Assembly: GCF_006345805.1 (NCBI RefSeq)
Contig: NC_043004.1
Span: 10,602,001-10,666,000 of the forward strand
Length of the DNA stretch: 64,000 nt
Reading direction: 5' to 3'
Origin: Octopus sinensis
Lineage: Eukaryota
The stretch's first letter is position 1. Each line of letters opens with the position of its first letter. Shown here in pieces: positions 40,175 to 53,078 of the stretch. Below the pieces are notes generated by a model that was given only the letters and a program-made list of their open reading frames with translations, ran no database searches and was not told the origin of the DNA. A program made the translations under genes and the position numbers.

Positions 40175-40470
40175 TTCTTTTCAAGATATATGTCTTATGT
40201 TTCCAAAGCTATCCGAGGCTAAGATCAAGGGTGGCATATTTGTTGGGCCCCAAGTAAATGAAATGTTAAAGTCGAAGAAACTGGAAAGAGCGATGTCAAA
40301 ATTTGAAAGAGAAGCTTGGTGTGCATTTCGTGATGTAGTTCGTGGATTTCCAGGAAATCACAAGGATCCTAATTACAAACAGCTGGTAGCAAAGCTTATT
40401 GAAAACTTCAAGAAAATGGGTTGTCGTATGTCTTTTAAATGTTCATTTTTTTACACTCTCACCTAGATTT
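40175..40470 (+). mobile_element. Transposase fragment, CMC/Chapaev3-like
   Basis: FPKLSEAKIKGGIFVGPQV...EREAWCAFRDVVRGFPGNHKDPNYKQLVAKLIENFKKMGCRMS matches the FPxLSEAKIKEGIFVGPQI..AW..F..VV..FLGN..LGCxMSLK pattern. Family assignment is from memory. Confidence 0.6.
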
Positions 40471-40787
40471 ACAGCGCAGAGTTTTATTGTTTCTTTTTGT
40501 TCTAACTAATATTATACTTCCTACATACCTTTCAATATATGAAAAAGTACTAAATGTTGTGTAATTATCCTCATAATACTAAAATAAATTGAACCGACAA
40601 AGCGCTGTAGAGAAAAGTTACAAATATAACAAGCAAATATGAAATTAGGAATAAATAAATAATCGATGTTACGTCAAAATGAATGTGTTTTTTTAATATA
40701 GTGGCAAAAAAATGCATGTATGAACATTAAAAGATACAAATAAACAAAATATGTTACATTGTGTTGTATAAGGATTCGTTAGTCATT

Positions 40788-41180
40788 ACTATTTTACTTG
40801 TTTCAGTCATTTGACTGTAGCCATGCTGGAGAACCGTCTTTAGTCGAACAAATCGACCCCGGACTTATTCATTGTAAGCCTAGTACTTATTCTATCGATC
40901 TATTTTGCCTAACCGCTAAGTTACGGTGGCGTAAACACACCAGCATCGGTTGTCAAGTGATGCTGGGGGGACAAACACAGACACACAAACATACACACAC
41001 ACACACAAACATATATACATATATACGACGGGCTTCTTTCAGTTTCTGTCTACCAAATCACAAGGCTTTGGTTGGCCTGAGGCTATAGTAAAAGACACAT
41101 ACCCAAGGTGCCACGCAGTGGGACTGAATCCGGAAGTATGTGGTTGGTAAGCAAGCTACTTACCACACAGCTACTCCTAC
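40788..41180 (-). mobile_element. Bipartite tRNA/CORE-like SINE
   Basis: Same family as 4551-4945. Confidence 0.88.
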
Positions 41181-43020
41181 TCCTCGCCGTTTATGCTTCT
41201 TTAACAGATTCCATTCTGTTGAATATATTCGGATCAGGACTCCGATTTCAGGATAATTACCACTCTTGTTTTAATCAGTCATGAAGTTACCGCCATGGAT
41301 ACTATGTTTCCTACACTAAGTTACAACAAGAACTGTTGTAGGAATAACAACAACAAAAAAAAAACCTGAAAAATCTAATTATTGAATTAAACACGTCAAA
41401 ATTTGAATGATGTTTTTGGATTTTATTTGCTTTTACATTTTGATAATTGTTAGTGTATCATAGCTTATCATCAACATAGACATTTCAGATATTTATGATT
41501 GTGGTTCAAAGTGCTAATATAAACCTTCTTTTCTTTATTGCACGATCAATTCTCATCCTCCTGTCTCACTTTAGAATAACTGGCGATGTTCCAAATGTCC
41601 TTTCTCTGTACACACAGTCGTTTCATATGCACACCTGACATGTCTCAAACAGAGACAACAGCATGATTTTATTGCCGTTTTCAAGCATATGAAAAGGAAC
41701 CTGAACATGTTGTAGCAAATATCTTGCATACGGAGGTATTGGCAATTAGTATTACATAAATTATATTTGAATAAATACAATGCACACTACGATTAATATG
41801 ACAAATGCTGTTGCGCAACCACAGTGTCGCAGCACGCGATGTAATTAGTATTCCCTACATTTCAACAGCATCCCTGTCACAAATACTGTGTAATTCACAA
41901 ACAGTATCTTACACAAACCTATCTTAAATGATATAATATACAGCGTATGATTGTTTATATTTTCTGTGTTGTAGAATAGTTGGATGCTTAGGACTTGATT
42001 TAACGGAAATCACCCAAGATATATTAAGAATAGAAGCGCACAAATATTGGAAACTAGTTACATTTACCAGACAAAATAATTACTATCATCCTTCAAGTTT
42101 GTTTTTACAGCAAATGTTCTTAATCACATCTATGTAACTAACTGACACCAGTGTAATACAATGTTAAACTCCCTTATCTTTATATCCGTAAATAACTAAT
42201 CAGTCACGTAACGTCATTCTGGGCGAGATTTATCAATCGTTGAGCTACTTATATTTGTGAATATCAATGTAAAGCAGTTTTAAGAATTAACTTTCTGCTT
42301 ATAGAAATTAATATCTAATAGTTTGAAATTATAAGAATTTATGATACTATCTAAACTGAGAGTCATTCAGCAACTAGAGGAATATTGGGAGAAGTAATCT
42401 AGGTTTATGCTTGAGTTGAGAACTTTATTTAATTAGATGATAGTCTGAAGATAAAGAAAAAAGTTTCTGGTGAGAAATAAATGGATTTAAATGAATACAA
42501 ATATGATTTCACAGGAAATGGAATATATTGAAAAAAGTGTACTAATCACTTATAAAAACCTGGTAACATAATATTAAATTTACTTAGAATTTTAGAATAT
42601 TCATCATTCCGTTAAAAGAATTAATTTATTAAAAGTACTAACGTATATTTAAAACTTTTCTGTAGAAAGGAATGTTTTATTTTTTTGGGGTGGGGGTTCA
42701 GTGTTGTGTCTGTAGGGGAAGGAAGTGTATATAAGGGAAAAACATATAAAAAATGCACAAACGAAAGGAAAACAGAGACAGAAGGTCACCAAATCCTCAC
42801 TAGTTATCGGTCAGGGTATCAAACGCAATTTCGCGCCTTCACCGATAATATGGTTTCCCTTTTTGTGTTGAAGAGACCAAGAAACCGCTGAAGGATGGCG
42901 AGCCAACGAACAAGGGACAAAACATGACAGGAAGTAGAAAAAACAAATAAGAAATAAACAAACGAAAGATATATGTATGTATGCGTGTGTGTATATATAT
43001 ACACACACACACGCCATCTA

Positions 43021-43182
43021 CTCGCAATACCAGAGGGCGCACACTCTCCTACCCTGATGTAATCTCCAGGGATACAGGCATCCAGCAACAGGACCTCCGT
43101 AATGCCATGATGGACCGTTAAGTCTGGCGTAGCATGGTAAATTCCATTGTCTCGACCACGGTCGAACAATGATGATGATGAT
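43021..43182 (+). mobile_element. RTE-type LINE extreme 3' end with (TGA)n tail
   Basis: GRTLSYPDVISRDTGIQQQDLRNAMMDR*VWRSMV..., then gaacaatgatgatgatga. Confidence 0.65.
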
Positions 43183-43379
43183 ATATATGTATGTATGTAT
43201 TTATATATAAATATGTGTGTGTGTGTGCGTGCGTGCGTGTGTGTGCGTGCGTGTGTGTCTGTGTTATCTAGCGGCCCTTGCTAATGAAGGACACGGATAA
43301 ACATTATTTTATCTGTTCATTAATGTCCGAAACCTAGGTACAAGTGGTAACTATTGAAAATGTTTTTACTTTTCATCCC

Positions 43380-44200
43380 CTTCGAAATTAATCTCAGTCG
43401 TGGTTTGGATTTTGACTGTTCCTTCTATCATGTAAGGTGTTATTTTCCTAAAATTTACGTTGCGTCTTGCATCCTTTTTCAATAGTTTTGACTCATATAA
43501 AGAATCTTGCAAACCAAATCCAAAAACGAAATATAAGCTGAGAAGAAGACCATTCGTCAGTTGTCTTTTGAACATATGTTTAAACAAGAGATGCTGGAAA
43601 GGAAGAAGACAAAAAACATAAAGGAGATAACCAGCGTTACAATAATTTGGTGTCAAGCAGAAGTAAACTAGATGTTTGCTAAGTGTCCAGTGGTCTACTT
43701 TCAAATTTTGACATAATGTATTTCGTGAAATGAGGTCATACAGGAAATATCTCGTTCCTGGAATGTAGGTATTCGTTGGAGGCTTTCAAGATTTTTAAGA
43801 GATACATTTTTTCGAAAGAACATACTGAATATTTTTTGGGACCCGATAATATTGGGTCTTGTCCTGGAGAGGATTTTCCATTTGACGTCGAAAGTGGTGC
43901 TTTCATCTTTAAGTTGCCAGATTAAAGTCGTTCAATGCATCTTATCACGAAATCTGAAGTTTCTAAAAGTGGTTGCTATATCAGGTTTTAAATTTTCCTT
44001 GAACAACTCCGATATAATGTTTGATCTCTATTCGACAGTGGATTATTGTAACGTTGGTTATTCCTCTTGTGTTTTCTTGTCTTCTTCCTTACCAGCGCAT
44101 CTCTTGTTTAAAAATTATCTGCTCAAAAGTCAACTGGCAAACGGTCTTGTTCTCAGCTTGATGAATAAATTATTGTTCCGACCAGGAAACCATGGATAGA
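43380..44200. mobile_element. Two Penelope-like fragments in inverted, convergent arrangement
   Basis: Minus copy (44200-43740) encodes ...FRFRDKMH*TTLIWQLKDESTTFDVKWKILSRTRP (GIY-YIG region). 43535-43646 (+) aligns with the revcomp of 44042-44159. Confidence 0.7.
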
Positions 44201-44484
44201 CACATGCGCACACACGTACAGACACACACACGTATGCGCGCGCACATATATTTACACCAGACTTGTAATAGTGATTCTTTTCGTATATCATCCTTTAATA
44301 ATTATGGTTCTTGCTAATTATTTCAACAAAAGACGTTTTCGTTTCATAGAGCAGCTTCATGTATTTATATGTCTATTTCGGAAATAACACATACAGTGGT
44401 TACCCATGGCAAAAGTGATGTATGGCTGATGGAATGGGTACAAAATACTGAAATAAGTAGACAATATATACGAGCAAGCCCACA

Positions 44485-44518
<34 letters not shown>

Positions 44519-44607
44519 CACATACATACATACGTATATATATACATATACATATACATATATACATATATATATATAGATATATATATATATATATAAT
44601 ATATAAT

Positions 44608-44640
<33 letters not shown>

Positions 44641-44655
44641 GAATAAATACCTACA

Positions 44656-45487
44656 TACAGGGCGCGATGGGTAGACTGTCACCATTCTATATCTTTAATT
44701 TCTTGCATGCGCATTGTTTGTTTTCGATTTTGTCGACTACACAGTATAGTACGGTCGGCTGGGCACAATCTGTAAGAAAAACACCACCAGGTTTCAATTC
44801 ACTCTGCCAGAATTTTTGGAAACAACATATTGTACTGCTTGACATTCGTACCGGTAGCCTTAACTGGAACATTTCAGAGTATTTGGCTATCTATCTGAGG
44901 ACAGTGCAACCCGAGGACTTGTATCGAGCGTAGTAAAAATCAAATATCCAGTCAAAATCACAGTGTTTGGCGTGATCACTAGTGATGCTAGTGATGGCCA
45001 CGGTATGCCTCCATTCATCTTCTCACACGGCCTCAGACTCAATAAGGAGGCTTACATCAAGTGCCTGGAGGAAGTAGTGTTGCTTTCGTCGAGAGGGTGG
45101 CTGCTGGAAGACCGTATATCTGGCAGCAGGACTCTGCACCATGTCACAGAAGCAGAAGAACCCAGTCATGGCTGTCAGACAATTTCTGCGACATCATCAC
45201 CCCTAACATTTGGCCAACTAACAGCAACACCTTTAATTATTATGTGTGGGTGGAGTTGAGTGAATAACCTCAATAACCTTTTATGACAGCATTCACCAAC
45301 TTGAAGAAGGAGACCGTCCAGAAGAGTTGCAGGAGATTCCGAAGTCGTCTGGAGGCCGTGGTTGAAGCCAATGGCGGTTTTATTGAATAAATTTACTCTT
45401 TTGTATTTCAAGATTCTGTTATGTAGTTTTGTAAAATGAGATGTCAGTATTATTTTCATCTTTGCGTCGTTTATTCACCACACTCTA
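44656..45487 (+). mobile_element. Internally deleted Tc1/mariner element (maT/DD37D-like)
   Basis: KYPVKITVFGVITSD..MPPFIFSHGLRLNKEAYIKCLEEVVL / VERVAAGRPYIWQQDSAPCHRSRRTQSWLSDNF...NIWP: DDD catalytic-domain fragment with frameshifts; weak terminal similarity. Confidence 0.8.
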
Positions 45488-45683
45488 TCGGTCTTTTTTG
45501 CCGAACCGTTAAGTTACGGGGACATAAACACACCAGCAGCGGTAGTCAAGCGTCGTTGGGGGTGGACAAACACAGACACACAAGCATACACACATACGCA
45601 CATATAATATATAATATATATATATACACATACATATATATTATATGTATATATGTGTGTGTGTCTGTATGTGTGTGTATGGG

Positions 45684-45719
<36 letters not shown>

Positions 45720-45751
45720 ATATATAATATATATATATATACATATATATA

Positions 45752-46120
45752 TAGGAGGTCTGATCAATAAGTATAAGGACTGTTGCCATAGTAACGAAGC
45801 TAAAACATGTTTATGTGCACTATGTTTTAACGTCCTAGCTTACTCCTATTGTTTACATCAGTGCTTGGAAGGAAGATGTGTAGCGCGTGATCGTTGCATT
45901 TACCATGACAGAAAGTTGTCATGGTGATACATAGTCAGAGGCCTACACAAAATTGCAGAAAGTGTTTGGAAAGGACTGTATGAACCGCACAGAAGTGTAC
46001 GAGTGGTTCAAACGTTTCCAAGATAGCCGAAAATATGTCGATATTGACGAACGTCCTGGGAGACCGACAACCAGCGGAACTGAGATAAACATTGCAGATG
46101 TGCGTGCAGCTGTGAGGGGA
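45752..46120 (+). mobile_element. mariner 5' fragment (end plus HTH region)
   Basis: EAYTKLQKVFGKDCMNRTEVYEWFKRFQDSRKYVDIDERPGRP, the mariner N-terminal motif; starts at ta|ggaggtctgatcaataagt. Confidence 0.85.
45782..45795. promoter_or_regulatory. RFX X-box motif GTTGCCATAGTAAC inside the mariner left end
   Basis: Exact consensus match about 30 nt from the element terminus. Confidence 0.4.
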
Positions 46121-46121
46121 C

Positions 46122-46194
<73 letters not shown>

Positions 46195-46740
46195 CTAGCA
46201 GCTAAGCCCGGTTTCACCCGGTCTGTTTTGATGATGTGGCTGGATCGTTTTCGGTGAGGCATATGTGAATAAAAGTTAAGTTCAGACCTCTACATGCTAG
46301 CTAGAATTGGTAGAAATAGCAGCCAAATCTCCCTCAAAACACCCTACTGTCTTAATCCGATAATTCTGCCTATTATGTAGTTTGAATCAGAAACTGTAAC
46401 TAGAGATCAAGAAAATTAACCCCACAAAGAGGTGAAAGAAGGTAGACAGCATAGCAAAAGTTTTGGCTGACTGTCATCCTACACTCCCCTTGTTGTTAGC
46501 GAAATGGTATATGCCGGTTGTGTCAGCAACTGGTTGTTTTAATGGCAGAACAAACAGGAATTCCATTAGAAAATTTTTAGTCGATTTTCTCGGTAAGTAT
46601 GCAGGCTAGGAAGAAATACAAACCGCATACCAGTCTATACTCCCGTCTCCACAGGTTTGCCATTTTTCACGGGAATCCACCCAAGCATTTGGTTGTGAAC
46701 CTCAAGACATGAAAGAATACAACGATCGGCCATATTCATA
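46195..46740 (-). mobile_element. Probable Helitron-like element (3' end at 46195)
   Basis: Revcomp ends gaccgggtgaaaccgggcttagctgCTAG|T (GC-rich hairpin-like motif plus CTAG); far boundary uncertain. Confidence 0.45.
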
Positions 46741-47131
46741 TATATGTATGTATGTATGTATATATGTATGTATGTATGATTGTATGTATAGTTCAGATGA
46801 TGAATAGGTATAGCTAGTCGTCTCTATACTGATCACTGATTGACAACATCCTGCTAATCTTCACACGAATAGTGTTTACCATTACTGAAAGACGGTTTAA
46901 TGGTCAAATTAGTGACGTGATATATCTATGACAATCTATATATAATGTTTTTTAATACCTTGCAAGATTTACATGCGTATAAAATATTTTTGGTTCCAGA
47001 ACTGTCTCTTTCATCACAAACCGCCATCACAAGATATTTATCGATATACACTCTCTCGTACTTTCTCTCTTCCGCTCTCTCCCTCTCTCTCCCTTGCGCT
47101 TCATACAGAAATACATGTGCGCGCGTGTTTG

Positions 47132-47168
<37 letters not shown>

Positions 47169-47376
47169 GTGTGTGTGTGTGTGTGTGTGTGTGTATAAAA
47201 TACATACAGACATATACATATTTTGTCTGCTTAAATGTGCACACGCATCAAATAAACATTCGTTGGATATCATGACACCAACTATTAGTATATGACAAGC
47301 AGACAGGCGAGACCATACATAAATAGAGAGGCGCATACTACGTATGTATGAACATGCGTATGGATTTATGTCACTG

Positions 47377-47436
<60 letters not shown>

Positions 47437-47769
47437 AGTGAGTGTATGTAAGCTTGCACGTATATATATATATATATAGATATATGTGTGTGTGTATGTG
47501 TGTATGTGTGTGTGTGTATACATATATTTATATATACATACATTCATGCATCAATATATATATTCATGCATGTGTGTATGTATGTATGTATGTATGTATG
47601 TGTAGGCAGAGAGATTGACACGCGCATAAACACCATTCGACACTTCCCTGCAGAGAGATAGATCATTAAAATAATATTTCGTCTCGTCACGACAGATATA
47701 TATCGCCACGTTCGGAAAAGGCCATTAGTTATAAACCCGATGTTAACATGTTTGGATTGAACTGTGTCA

Positions 47770-48070
47770 TTACTTCCGGTAATAAATTAAGCTGCAGACA
47801 TACTTCCGTAGCGTTGAGTGTGAAATAATATTATAAGGATCAGCATTTCTATACGTTTTTCCCTTTTCCGTTTGTTTAACGCATTCACTATTTCTTCACT
47901 TCATTATTTTCTCCTGTTGTATCTATTTTCTTTATTTATCATTTTTGTTTTGTTTTGTTTTTTTTTCATCATTGTGGGTGTTAGAGGGATAAAATTATGT
48001 ATGTTACTATGTCTGCAGGGTTTTTACGTGACGTGATTATCATGCTTTGCCGTTCCAAAATGGCCGACAG
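47770..48070. promoter_or_regulatory. Promoter-like motif cluster (ETS, CRE-like, YY1-like)
   Basis: acttccggt 47772-47780, acttccgt 47802, acgtgacgtga 48026-48036, caaaatggccg 48056-48066, in repeat-free CpG-containing DNA. Confidence 0.35.
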
Positions 48071-48820
48071 GCGAAAAAACAAAAACAAAAACAATAAAAA
48101 AAAACGTCTTTTAAACGACATCGTGACGATAAAAGTACTGCTTTCTGACAAACGTAGAATTAAACTATATATCAACACTTAAAACAAAGAACATAAATGT
48201 CCTGACCTTTGACATCAGTGTCGCCTGACAATATTTCTTGGTACAACAACTGTTATTGTTTATTGGTATATATCGCTCTCGTCATCTTTAGCTTTAATTT
48301 TCTCTTATGATTAATGACAAATGACGTTAATGGCGTCACCTTTCGTTTCGTTTGTTTGTTTCTTTCTATATTTTTGTTCTAAGGAATTCTGGGAAGAAGA
48401 AAACTATATTTTGCTCTCCTTATATTATCTAGTGCTAAGAGCAAACTATACCACTTTTGTCACTCTGTTTTATTTCTGTTATCAAATATGTATGTATGAA
48501 TAAGCTTGCATCCAAACCATGTGTTCTTGGGTTCAGTCTTCTACCATAGCTTTGTGAATGGATTTGGTTGACGGAAACTGAAAGTACCCCCCCGTATATA
48601 TATGTGATCTCTTGAGCACCACCAGCAAAATGAAAAATTTTTTCCCTGTCTTCCCTTCTCGGGATCTTTCCTTCTCCTTTGTTTCCGACGAAGAGCTCCG
48701 CTCGAAACGTTAAACCCTCCTTCCCTTCTTTCCTGAGCGTCAATAATACTTTAATTGTTCCCGTCCTCGCGTTGCTGTGTTTTTTTCTGTGTTTTTCTTG
48801 TTTGGATTAACTATATATAT

Positions 48821-48900
<80 letters not shown>

Positions 48901-49475
48901 ATGTATGTATGTATGTATACAACAACATCGTGAGATACAGCACGGAAATTTTGTCAGTGAACAGGTCGAGGTCTCAAAGCGAAGAACATTTTTTCACAAA
49001 TTAAATTTAAATGTTGAAGTGAATCTAACGGATTTTATTTCTTAAATGGCTTATAAACACCTTCCATGCTGCAATTTTTTCGTTCCAGCACACGATCTCT
49101 GATCAGGTCACTTGCTATGCAAGTACATCTCCGTAATATGTATGTATATTTATATACATATATACATATATATATGAATGTGTGTGTATGTGTATATGTA
49201 TGTATGCATGCATGTATATATGTATGTGCGTGTGTATGTATGTGTGTACGTCTTTATGTCTGTTGGTCTGCCATTATCGCTTGAAAACGGTGGTGGCATA
49301 TTTACTTCCATGTAACTTAGCAAAAGATCAAAATAGAATGCGGACGGGGCTTAAAAGATAAGTACAGGGTTCAAATCATTAAAGTAAAATTCTCCAAGGT
49401 GGTGACCCCTCATACCTGCAGTCCGATGACTGCAAGAAACAATATATTAAAAAAAAGGATATGTATATATACATG

Positions 49476-49536
<61 letters not shown>

Positions 49537-49557
49537 CACACACACACACACACACAA

Positions 49558-49827
49558 TGATGGGCCCGGTTTCCCGGTTTCTGTGGCGTATGTGTTCCCC
49601 CCAGCAGGACGGGACGCCAGTCCATCGCAGCGTTACTCAAGAAACAGGAAGTGAGAGAACGTTGTGGCGAAAGTGTACAACAGGGGTCACCACCACCCCC
49701 TGCCGGAGACTCATGGAGCTTTTAGATGTTTTCGTTCAATAAACACTCATAGCCCTCGGTTTGGGAATCGAAACCGCGATCCTCCGACCGTGAGTCCGCT
49801 GCCCTAACCACTGGACCATTGCGCCTC
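49558..49827 (-). mobile_element. tRNA-derived SINE (OK-like)
   Basis: Same head and body as 24826-25144. Confidence 0.88.
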
Positions 49828-50163
49828 TGCACACACACAAACACACACACACACATTATATGTATATACATACATACATATACATATGTATACACACAAA
49901 TACGTAAGTACACACAAACACACTCACACACACACACAAACTCACACGTACACACATACATGGACCATAATTATAACGATTTAGAAGATGGAGATTTTCA
50001 TCCTCAAAATTTATTTACTTTTATTTTGCAATTTCATACAGCACACTTTTATGCTTATTACAACCTACACGTACAAATTATACTCGTGAGAGAAATACTT
50101 ACATCGACTTTTGGTGCAGAATGCACCCGTGGTTACATCGCCCGCGGCGAGGTGAATGCTCAC

Positions 50164-50210
50164 CATCTCCAGCGCTGAGACCACCAGATCACGATACTCT
50201 ACTTCTATCG
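50164..50210 (-). CDS. Isolated candidate exon: (x)IEVEYRDLVVSALEM
   Basis: Very strong acceptor ttatactttatttgatctttatttattag| and donor ATG|gtgagc; only one of three frames is open; phase 1 to 0. Confidence 0.45.
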
Positions 50211-50722
50211 CTAATAAATAAAGATCAAATAAAGTATAACAGAAACCGCGAGGTTACTATTACAAAACGATAAATCAATCCAAAGAAATTAGAACATCAA
50301 AATATCCTACTACTCATGATCATTTGCGGTGCACTACGACATGCTGCAACGATACACTATTATGCTTATTTTATTCAGATGATCACGCTGGGAATGTTTT
50401 GAAATGCTAAAGGAATCAGCAATGATTGATTTCCATATGTAGCACACACGATAGATATGGCAAAAAGAAAGTTTATCCAAAAAATGCCTGACACCCATGT
50501 CTACATACATGTATCCGTACACTCCCCACACTCACAACCAGACACACACTCACACCCACACACACAGATGAATATATATATACATACATTTATTTAATTA
50601 TATAAAAATATATATGCGTATGGTTTCACTCAAAATGAACGACACCATACATGCATACATAAACTTATACACAAATGCAAAATAATTTACAATGATATCT
50701 ATATAATTTTGCACTGCTTTGT

Positions 50723-51062
50723 GGTGGAAGCACTCCGTCGGTTACGACGATGAGGGTTCCGGTTGATCCGAATCAACGGAACAGCCTGCTCGTGAAATTA
50801 ACGTGTAAGTAGCTGAGTACTCAACAGACACGTGCACCCTTAACGTAGTTCTCGGGGATATTCAGCGTGACACAGAGAGTGACAAGGCCGGCCCTTTGAA
50901 ATACAGGTACAACAGAAACAGGAAGTAAGAGTGAGAGAAAGCCTCGTGGAGCTTTAGGTGTTTTCGCTCAATAAACACTCACAACACCCGGTTTGGGAAT
51001 CGAAACCGCGATCCTCCGACCGCGAGTCCGCTGCCCTAACCACTGGGCCATTGCGCCTCCAC
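50723..51062 (-). mobile_element. tRNA-SINE with exact 12-bp target-site duplication
   Basis: gcactgctttgt at 50711-50722 and 51063-51074; OK-like head at the right end. Confidence 0.92.
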
Positions 51063-51571
51063 GCACTGCTTTGTACCATCATATTTTAAGTTAGTGGTGA
51101 AACAGACCATTTTTGTTGGTCCCACACGTCCAAAACGAAGTGCAATACGATTGATCCAGATACCATATACAAGGATATCGAAGGCTTAGAGAAACTCTGA
51201 GTAGCAATGAGGGGAATCATGGCCAACGATATACATATACACACATATTAATTTACGCACACACACACACATATATATATAGATATATATATATATACGC
51301 GTGTATATATTTATTAAAAAGTTATTTATTATATATAATTCACATTGAACTAATGGATTACCTAGTAAATTTTAGCGGAGTACATGCTTATAATTTTACA
51401 AGAAGGGAGGTGGTACTGAAAAAAAATGCCGGCCTGATAATCTTGGTCGGAAAATATGACGAAGAATCGCAAGTCAAAGTTCGAAGTTACTGTCTTATAT
51501 ATATATATATATATATGATTGATGATTGATTCTACTTTCAGCTCACGAGCTGGGGCACCGCTATTTATATA

Positions 51572-51663
<92 letters not shown>

Positions 51664-51716
51664 ATGTATGTATTTATGTACGTGTGTATATGTGTATATG
51701 TATATATATATATATG

Positions 51717-51754
<38 letters not shown>

Positions 51755-51991
51755 CATATACCACATATAACTAATTACATATATTCGTGCGCACGCTGTC
51801 ATTTGTACTTGCACGTGTGCATGTGTGCGCGCATTCATTTAAACGCGATTAAAATTCGCAGATATCCATATGCTTGTCTCCCATGCAGATAGGGCAAATT
51901 TAATTCCGTTGTTAACGAAAACTATTGAAATATTTTTGAAGTACAACAAAACAAGATGAATGAGGTATTCGTAATGACATCCGCACTCTCT

Positions 51992-52004
51992 CACCAGGTG
52001 GCAG
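51992..52004 (+). promoter_or_regulatory. CTCF-type motif CACCAGGTGGCAG
   Basis: Matches CCASYAGRKGGCRS except at the first base; lies in a non-repeat patch. Confidence 0.4.
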
Positions 52005-52189
52005 CACGACTACGAGGCATTATGGGTAATATTTTCTTCAGAAGTCTGACTACATAGGGTGAAAATGAAAATAACAAAGTGTTGCTCTATCTACTTGCAG
52101 CAACTGCTCATATCATACGCCTCGCTTCTGTCTTTTCGTTTCTCTATCTTTTTCTTTTCATATATATATATATAATACCGGCTTATGTG

Positions 52190-52278
<89 letters not shown>

Positions 52279-52279
52279 A

Positions 52280-52319
<40 letters not shown>

Positions 52320-52589
52320 ATAGTATATACATATATACATATAAGTATGATTGTAGGTATGTAATTATGTATGCAGTGGTGTGTGTGTATATATATATAT
52401 ACATATATATATATGTATATATATATGTGTATTTATATATACATATATATATACATGCATACATACCTATATACTTACATACATATATATTCATACACAG
52501 AGAATCACGCCCACAGGCATATGTAGCTCGTTAATAGTACATATTCACATTCGTCACTTTCACAATAGATACATACCGTATATGCATAT

Positions 52590-52637
<48 letters not shown>

Positions 52638-53040
52638 GTATGTGTATATGGATATATGTATATATGTATATATACATACGTATATATGATATATATATAA
52701 TATATATATATATATTATATATATATATATAATTATATATATATATAGATATGTTACACATATATACACAAATGTATATATATATAGATATGTATATATA
52801 ATGTATATACATAATACATGCATATATATATATATATAATATCTATATATATATATATATATATGAATGTAGTTATAATTAGTTATATTATGGATTTGTG
52901 TTCTAATCTGCACTGGAGAATTTGCAGTAATAACTGACACACTAACTAGACTGATGTAATATGCATGCTTAATATAGACGTGTGTGTGTGTATTCTTTTA
53001 TGGGCATATATGCTTATGCATATATATTCATACACATATG

Positions 53041-53078
<38 letters not shown>

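Noticed and set aside
44399-44413. Third X-box-like word GTTACCCATGGCAAA
   Set aside because: Mismatch in the invariant AAC half-site.
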